From IMG/VR virus record IMGVR_UViG_3300029910_000007: a DNA stretch of 64,000 nucleotides, one strand, 5' to 3'. Below the pieces are notes generated by a model. That model did no database searches and was not told the DNA's origin. It worked only from the letters and a program-made list of their open reading frames with translations. The translations under genes and the position numbers were made by a program. Below, piece by piece: positions 59,687 through 64,000 of the stretch; position 1 is the first letter of the stretch; each line of letters opens with the position of its first letter. Origin of the DNA: a virus.

Positions 59687-61000
59687 TTAGAGTGCTTCGT
59701 TCTTTGCGTGTTGGATGTATCTTGCAACCATTGGATCAATTGCCTCTTCATTCACAACCTGTGTTGTAGGATCAACGACTGTCGCACCGACTGTTTCCAA
59801 AATTGGAGCAGCTGTCTTAGCAGTAGTTGAAACTGTTGCAGCCACTGCGCCTTCAGCAATCGTCTTCACTTTGGCAACAAATTCTTCTGCTGTTGTGAAC
59901 TCGATACCTTCAGCAATCTGTGTAACCTTTTCAGCTTGGAGTGTTGTCAATCCCTTGGTATATCCAACCAGAGAAAGAGTCTTCTGACTCTCAGTCAAAA
60001 GCTTCTTGGCTTCTAGGGTCTTACCCATTTCAATTGAAACACTTTCCTCAAGCTTTTCAATTCTGGACTGGAATGCTTCTAGGAGATTGACCTTGGACTT
60101 TGGAATTTCGATGTAGTGTTCTACAAAGAGAGTACGAAGACCTGAGATGAAGGAATCTGTAATGTTGGAACGAGTAGCAGATTCAATAGCAATCTGATTC
60201 TCTGTCAACCACTGAGCAGAAGTTTCTTCTGCAATAGCCCTGATGTTTGCAACTTCTTCATTGATCTTGGACTGGAACATTGTCTCTGCAGATTCTGCAA
60301 TCGTCTTGATGACACCAGAAAGCACAGTAGCAATTTTAGAATTACAAGCCGATTCGAAAAGATCGACAGCCTTTGTGATGGTTTCCTCAGTCAGACCCTG
60401 ACCTTCAAACAACTTACCAAATTCTGAACGATCAACCTTGACATCCTCAAATGTCATTTTGCTGATTGATTCGCGCATGTAGGTTCCCATCTCGGCTGTA
60501 GGCATTGTTGGCATCTCTGGTTCTGAAACTTGGGTTACACCGAGTGAAGATTGATCTTTGTAGGTATCGATATTTCCATTACCCAATTCAGAAATATCTG
60601 GATCGAGTTCGACATCTTCCATTCCATCATCTTCATGAAGTGGGTCCATACGGTCGAATTGAGCATTCATTCTGAAAGCTCTCTTGGAAAGCATATGAGC
60701 AGAAGGATTTTTGGTATCGAAAGCATTTAGTGCATTCTGGTGAGCAGAAACAACAGCTGCAGCTTCTGGATCATTCTTGTGATACTTGCTGATCAAATCT
60801 GCTGCCTGTCTGTGTTGATTGACAAGCTGTGCATCTTCGAGAACTGGTGATTCGATTGGATCGGTAACTTCTGGATTCTCGGCAAATTCTTCATTGTCGT
60901 CTTCTGGATTCTCAATCAAGTTAGCAGCTGGTTCAGCAATGGCTGTACCCTCATCTTCCTTGAGTAGATTTCTGATGGTCTGTTCCAATTTTGATGCCAT
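59687..61000 (-). CDS. gp22: prohead core scaffold protein (gp22 position)
   Basis: Acidic, Ala/Glu-rich helical 437-aa protein between the protease and capsid genes, as in T4. Confidence 0.6.
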   Translation of the reverse strand: MASKLEQTIRNLLKEDEGTAIAEPAANLIENPEDDNEEFAENPEVTDPIESPVLEDAQLVNQHRQAADLISKYHKNDPEAAAVVSAHQNALNAFDTKNPSAHMLSKRAFRMNAQFDRMDPLHEDDGMEDVELDPDISELGNGNIDTYKDQSSLGVTQVSEPEMPTMPTAEMGTYMRESISKMTFEDVKVDRSEFGKLFEGQGLTEETITKAVDLFESACNSKIATVLSGVIKTIAESAETMFQSKINEEVANIRAIAEETSAQWLTENQIAIESATRSNITDSFISGLRTLFVEHYIEIPKSKVNLLEAFQSRIEKLEESVSIEMGKTLEAKKLLTESQKTLSLVGYTKGLTTLQAEKVTQIAEGIEFTTAEEFVAKVKTIAEGAVAATVSTTAKTAAPILETVGATVVDPTTQVVNEEAIDPMVARYIQHAKNEAL

Positions 61001-61057
61001 GTTAAAATGCTCCCTACTGAATTTTTATTACGTGTATAATGAAGTATTTAGTGAAGT

Positions 61058-61723
61058 TTAAGTTCTTGAAATATATTTGATGAACTTTTCGAATGCTGCC
61101 AACTGTTGTTCGTTGACCATCTTTGCATTTGCCTTCAAAACATCTTCTCTGATGCTCTGGATAAAATTGACACTCTCAACATCTTCTGTGATCAATGAAA
61201 GGTCTTGACCTTCCAAAATTGCAGTGACTAATGGAGCATTTGACGGATGAAAAACCGCATCTATAGCGACAATCTTAAAATCATCCTGAACGACTTTGAC
61301 ACCAGCAGAATTATCTTCCATGGTTCCAAATCCACGAGTAGAGACACCAATTCTGATGTTTCCTTCCAGAAGAGCTTGGACATTCTTTCCACAGGTGGTG
61401 TTCAGAACGACAGAATTTCCATTCCAGTTCTTTCCACTCTTTTCCAATGAAAGGACACGATGGCAAATTCTATCTGGATCAACAGCAATTCTAGGTGGAT
61501 GATTAAGCTCACCAACACCACGATTATTGTTCATGTACTCGTTGATGAAACCATTGATAGCATTGTCTAGAACTGCTTCTGAATAGATTCTACCGTTCTT
61601 GTTGATGACATCTGCTTGAGCATAGATGCCCTTCAAATACCACTGCTTTTGACCGTTGATAGCTTCACAGATTGGTGTGAGGTAAAACTCTTCTGAGATT
61701 AGTTGAGGTTGATTCTTGGACAT
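61058..61723 (-). CDS. gp21: prohead core protease (T4 gp21 family)
   Basis: ATG 61723 (MSKNQPQ..), 4 nt after the upstream stop; GELNHP motif; position between the core and scaffold genes. Confidence 0.75.
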   Translation of the reverse strand: MSKNQPQLISEEFYLTPICEAINGQKQWYLKGIYAQADVINKNGRIYSEAVLDNAINGFINEYMNNNRGVGELNHPPRIAVDPDRICHRVLSLEKSGKNWNGNSVVLNTTCGKNVQALLEGNIRIGVSTRGFGTMEDNSAGVKVVQDDFKIVAIDAVFHPSNAPLVTAILEGQDLSLITEDVESVNFIQSIREDVLKANAKMVNEQQLAAFEKFIKYISRT

Positions 61724-61727
61724 TAAG

Positions 61728-62555
61728 CTATCTCTTTCCGTGAATGCGATTGATATGGTATTCAACCTTTGCTAGGTGTTTATTTGCATTTTTTAGATAA
61801 TTTTCTTTATATTCTGGTGATGCTCCTTCAGAACTTTTAAAATTCGATATTGCCATTCTTGCGTGGTGACGAGCCATTGCATATTTTTTATTTCCTAAAG
61901 ATGGAAATTTATCTGTATGGATTGTTTGTCCACCTGTCATATCCAAGAATTTATGAAGAGCATGAATGTGTCCTTCAAATTCTTCATTCACAACAGATTC
62001 ATTCGCAGGCTTCTTATTGCGATTCAAATGTTTGACAGCTGCTTCCTTTGAATCGAATCGACCACCTAGTGGTGTCTGATGCTTTCCACGAACGTTATAC
62101 CAACCACCTAGAAGTTTGTTATAGACAGTCTTGACTTCGCCTTCATTGATGGATTCGTTTGTTTCTTTTGGATACTTTCCAGTAATACGATGAATATGCT
62201 TTCTAGCTTCTTCTTTAGTCATACCACCCATAATTCTTGCACCAACATCAGACATTTTCAGTGTGTCTTTTGCAATTTTAAGAAGGTGTTTGTCAAAAAT
62301 ATTACCAGACTTAGCTTCATCAATTTTCTTCTTATCCTTCTCGGCATTCTTTCTCTTCTGATAGCCGGATTCTTTACGCTTCATCCATGTATCGACTGCA
62401 TGAGCGGTATAGTCCTTTCTACCTTCGACAATAGAATCAACACTCTCAGAAAGAGCAGACAATGAATAGTCAGCAACATGTTCATTGAGGGTCTTAGCGC
62501 CCTCTCTATTCAGAACAGATGTAACATACTCACGAACTTTTAATAGATTTGCCAT
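61728..62555 (-). CDS. head-module protein (gp67/68 position), shares modules with the internal-protein locus
   Basis: N-terminal REYVTSVLNRE resembles 8690 ORF KEFVTTVLSRF; C-terminal ARHHARMAISNFKSSEGASPEYKENYLKNANKHLAKVEYH aligns with the His-rich paralogs. Confidence 0.55.
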   Translation of the reverse strand: MANLLKVREYVTSVLNREGAKTLNEHVADYSLSALSESVDSIVEGRKDYTAHAVDTWMKRKESGYQKRKNAEKDKKKIDEAKSGNIFDKHLLKIAKDTLKMSDVGARIMGGMTKEEARKHIHRITGKYPKETNESINEGEVKTVYNKLLGGWYNVRGKHQTPLGGRFDSKEAAVKHLNRNKKPANESVVNEEFEGHIHALHKFLDMTGGQTIHTDKFPSLGNKKYAMARHHARMAISNFKSSEGASPEYKENYLKNANKHLAKVEYHINRIHGKR

Positions 62556-62731
62556 CAGATATTTCCCAAATTCGATTGAACTATAGGATATTTAAGGAAA
62601 TCTTTTATGCATCCCCATTGATGAGCCATTCGAGTGACATGAAGACATGTGTAGGGACGGAAACATCTCCGAATATAGACAAATTGATCTTGGAAACACC
62701 AGTTTCGTTGATTACGATTGCAAGCTAATAA

Positions 62732-63442
62732 TCAAACTTTCAATAATCCATTTAATTTTAAAACAGACACAATTTCATCTACACTATAAGCTGTATCTCC
62801 AATCTCACCTGTAAATGTCTTAATTTTCATAGAAGTGTCAATGGTTTCGTTAATTTTATAAGTAAGATTAGACATAGATTCTTCAAATTCAAAACCAAGT
62901 TGAGCAATTCTAGAAATTGATTCATCCAAAACGGCCACATGAATCACATCAAGGGCATTATTTGAATCAATAACAACTTCCTTCAGTGTTTCACTATGTT
63001 TTTCAGATAATGCGTTCACATCTTCCAAAAGCACTGCAAGTCTATCGGAAAAATTCAACCCTGTCTGTTGAAGTGCGTCGGTCAATGCTCGTTCAGCAAT
63101 GATCTGTCTGTTAGATAATGATGAAATACTATTGGTTAAAAATGTGTTGGTATCTTCTATGATACGAGTCAATCTTTTTGTAGATTGATCAATTTGACCT
63201 TTAGCAATATAGACAGCCGAATCCTGTGCTTCAGACACATCGCTCTTCAGAGCAACATTATCCTTGAACATTCGTTCGGCTTCTATTGACTCTTCGTTGA
63301 TTTGCTGAGTGACTGACTGTAAATCTTCTTTCAGTTTCTTGTAGAGATTGGCTTGAACTTCTACAATGCTCTTTTCAATTTCACTTTTAGCAAATACCGC
63401 TACGAAAGAAACAATCTCAGCAATTTTGCTAAGGTCTTTCAC
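62732..63442 (-). CDS. coiled-coil head-module protein (prohead core candidate)
   Basis: 236-aa helical ORF immediately downstream of portal. Confidence 0.5.
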   Translation of the reverse strand: MKDLSKIAEIVSFVAVFAKSEIEKSIVEVQANLYKKLKEDLQSVTQQINEESIEAERMFKDNVALKSDVSEAQDSAVYIAKGQIDQSTKRLTRIIEDTNTFLTNSISSLSNRQIIAERALTDALQQTGLNFSDRLAVLLEDVNALSEKHSETLKEVVIDSNNALDVIHVAVLDESISRIAQLGFEFEESMSNLTYKINETIDTSMKIKTFTGEIGDTAYSVDEIVSVLKLNGLLKV

Positions 63443-63449
63443 TTAAAAT

Positions 63450-64000
63450 TTAACCTTTCTTGTGCGTCATTCTTTCAAATAGTTTGATCATTGCACCTTT
63501 CAGTTGAACGTCTTCAATACTGTCAAAGAGGAAACTTTCTCCAACAGGAACATTCATGTCTGTAGGATTGTCCATTCCATTTGGTTCTGGTGGTGGTTGC
63601 ATCATCATTGCAGCCTGTGCTTCCTGTTCAGACAAGACAGAGAAATCATCATCCAGTTGCTTTGTCATATCCTTGATCTGTTGATCATCAAACTTGAAAA
63701 TTTCACGCCAGATATATTCTCTGGAAACGAGAATTTTAAGAAGAGGAAGAGCCAAACCAGCAGCCTGCATCTTGGTCTGGATGATTTCAATATCTTTCAG
63801 TTCTGCATAATAAGAGTCTCTAGCCCACTCAAAGATGACCTGATCCTTGAAATCATCCCATTCTTCCTTGGTGACAATACCTTTCAGGACAAGCTGAGAA
63901 GAAAGCACATCCTGAAGAATTAGGGTGAATCTGGCACGTAATCGATTGATAAATCGATTGAACGAGAGTTCATCACGGCTGATCTGACTTCCATTGGAAG
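63450..64000 (-). CDS. gp20: portal vertex protein (T4 gp20 family), C-terminal part; the gene continues beyond the window
   Basis: The frame is open to position 64000 (..ISRDELSFNRFINRLRARFTLILQDVLSSQLVLKGIVTKEEW..); the track GTG at 63908 is internal. Confidence 0.8.
   Translation of the reverse strand, partial: SNGSQISRDELSFNRFINRLRARFTLILQDVLSSQLVLKGIVTKEEWDDFKDQVIFEWARDSYYAELKDIEIIQTKMQAAGLALPLLKILVSREYIWREIFKFDDQQIKDMTKQLDDDFSVLSEQEAQAAMMMQPPPEPNGMDNPTDMNVPVGESFLFDSIEDVQLKGAMIKLFERMTHKKG

Noticed and set aside
1-64000. Searched by eye for CRISPR arrays, rRNA genes, integrase/att sites and transposase-bounded elements
   Set aside because: None was seen. The only mobile elements supported are the five free-standing homing-endonuclease genes.

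Overview
AT-rich 64-kb stretch of a T4-like myovirus genome, identified by its gp20/gp21/gp22/gp23-type head module. From 1 to 58.2 kb the genes run on the + strand as an early/middle region of mostly small ORFs. This part holds at least 12 near-consensus sigma70-type promoters, many sharing one leader cassette, and a dispersed tRNA cluster of 9 complete tRNAs plus 1 partial, all with encoded CCA. It also holds five free-standing homing-endonuclease genes (3 HNH, 1 GIY-YIG, 1 LAGLIDADG). Nucleotide-metabolism genes are ThyX, dCMP deaminase, dNMP kinase, ATP-dependent DNA ligase, Nudix, MazG-like and a HAD nucleotidase. Other recognisable genes are an NAD+ salvage pair (NAMPT + NMNAT-Nudix), two AAA+/P-loop ATPases, two vWA proteins, two tandem Cys-phosphatases, a ClpP-like protease and a SleB-like wall hydrolase. 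From 58.2 to 64 kb the - strand carries late head genes: major capsid, scaffold, prohead protease, two core-like proteins and the 3' part of portal. The items most worth a second look are listed here. (1) A truncated class-I release factor is interrupted by a prfB-type AGGAG-N3-CTT-TGA-C +1 frameshift site. (2) A Ro60/TROVE-like vWA protein sits behind a consensus promoter and about 290 nt of tandemly repeated structured RNA. (3) A 214-nt GC-rich RNA has ends that form a tRNA acceptor/T-arm with encoded CCA. (4) A tandem locus of His-rich proteins carries T4-type capsid-targeting N-termini (MKT-x-x-QF-L..E). (5) There is an IbrA/IbrB-like PAPS-reductase/ParB triad. (6) A covarying promoter-hairpin cassette is shared by three unrelated homing-endonuclease genes. 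Three other apparent frameshifts show that sequence-quality artefacts must be excluded before any recoding claim is accepted. All calls come from reading motifs by eye; no database search was run.
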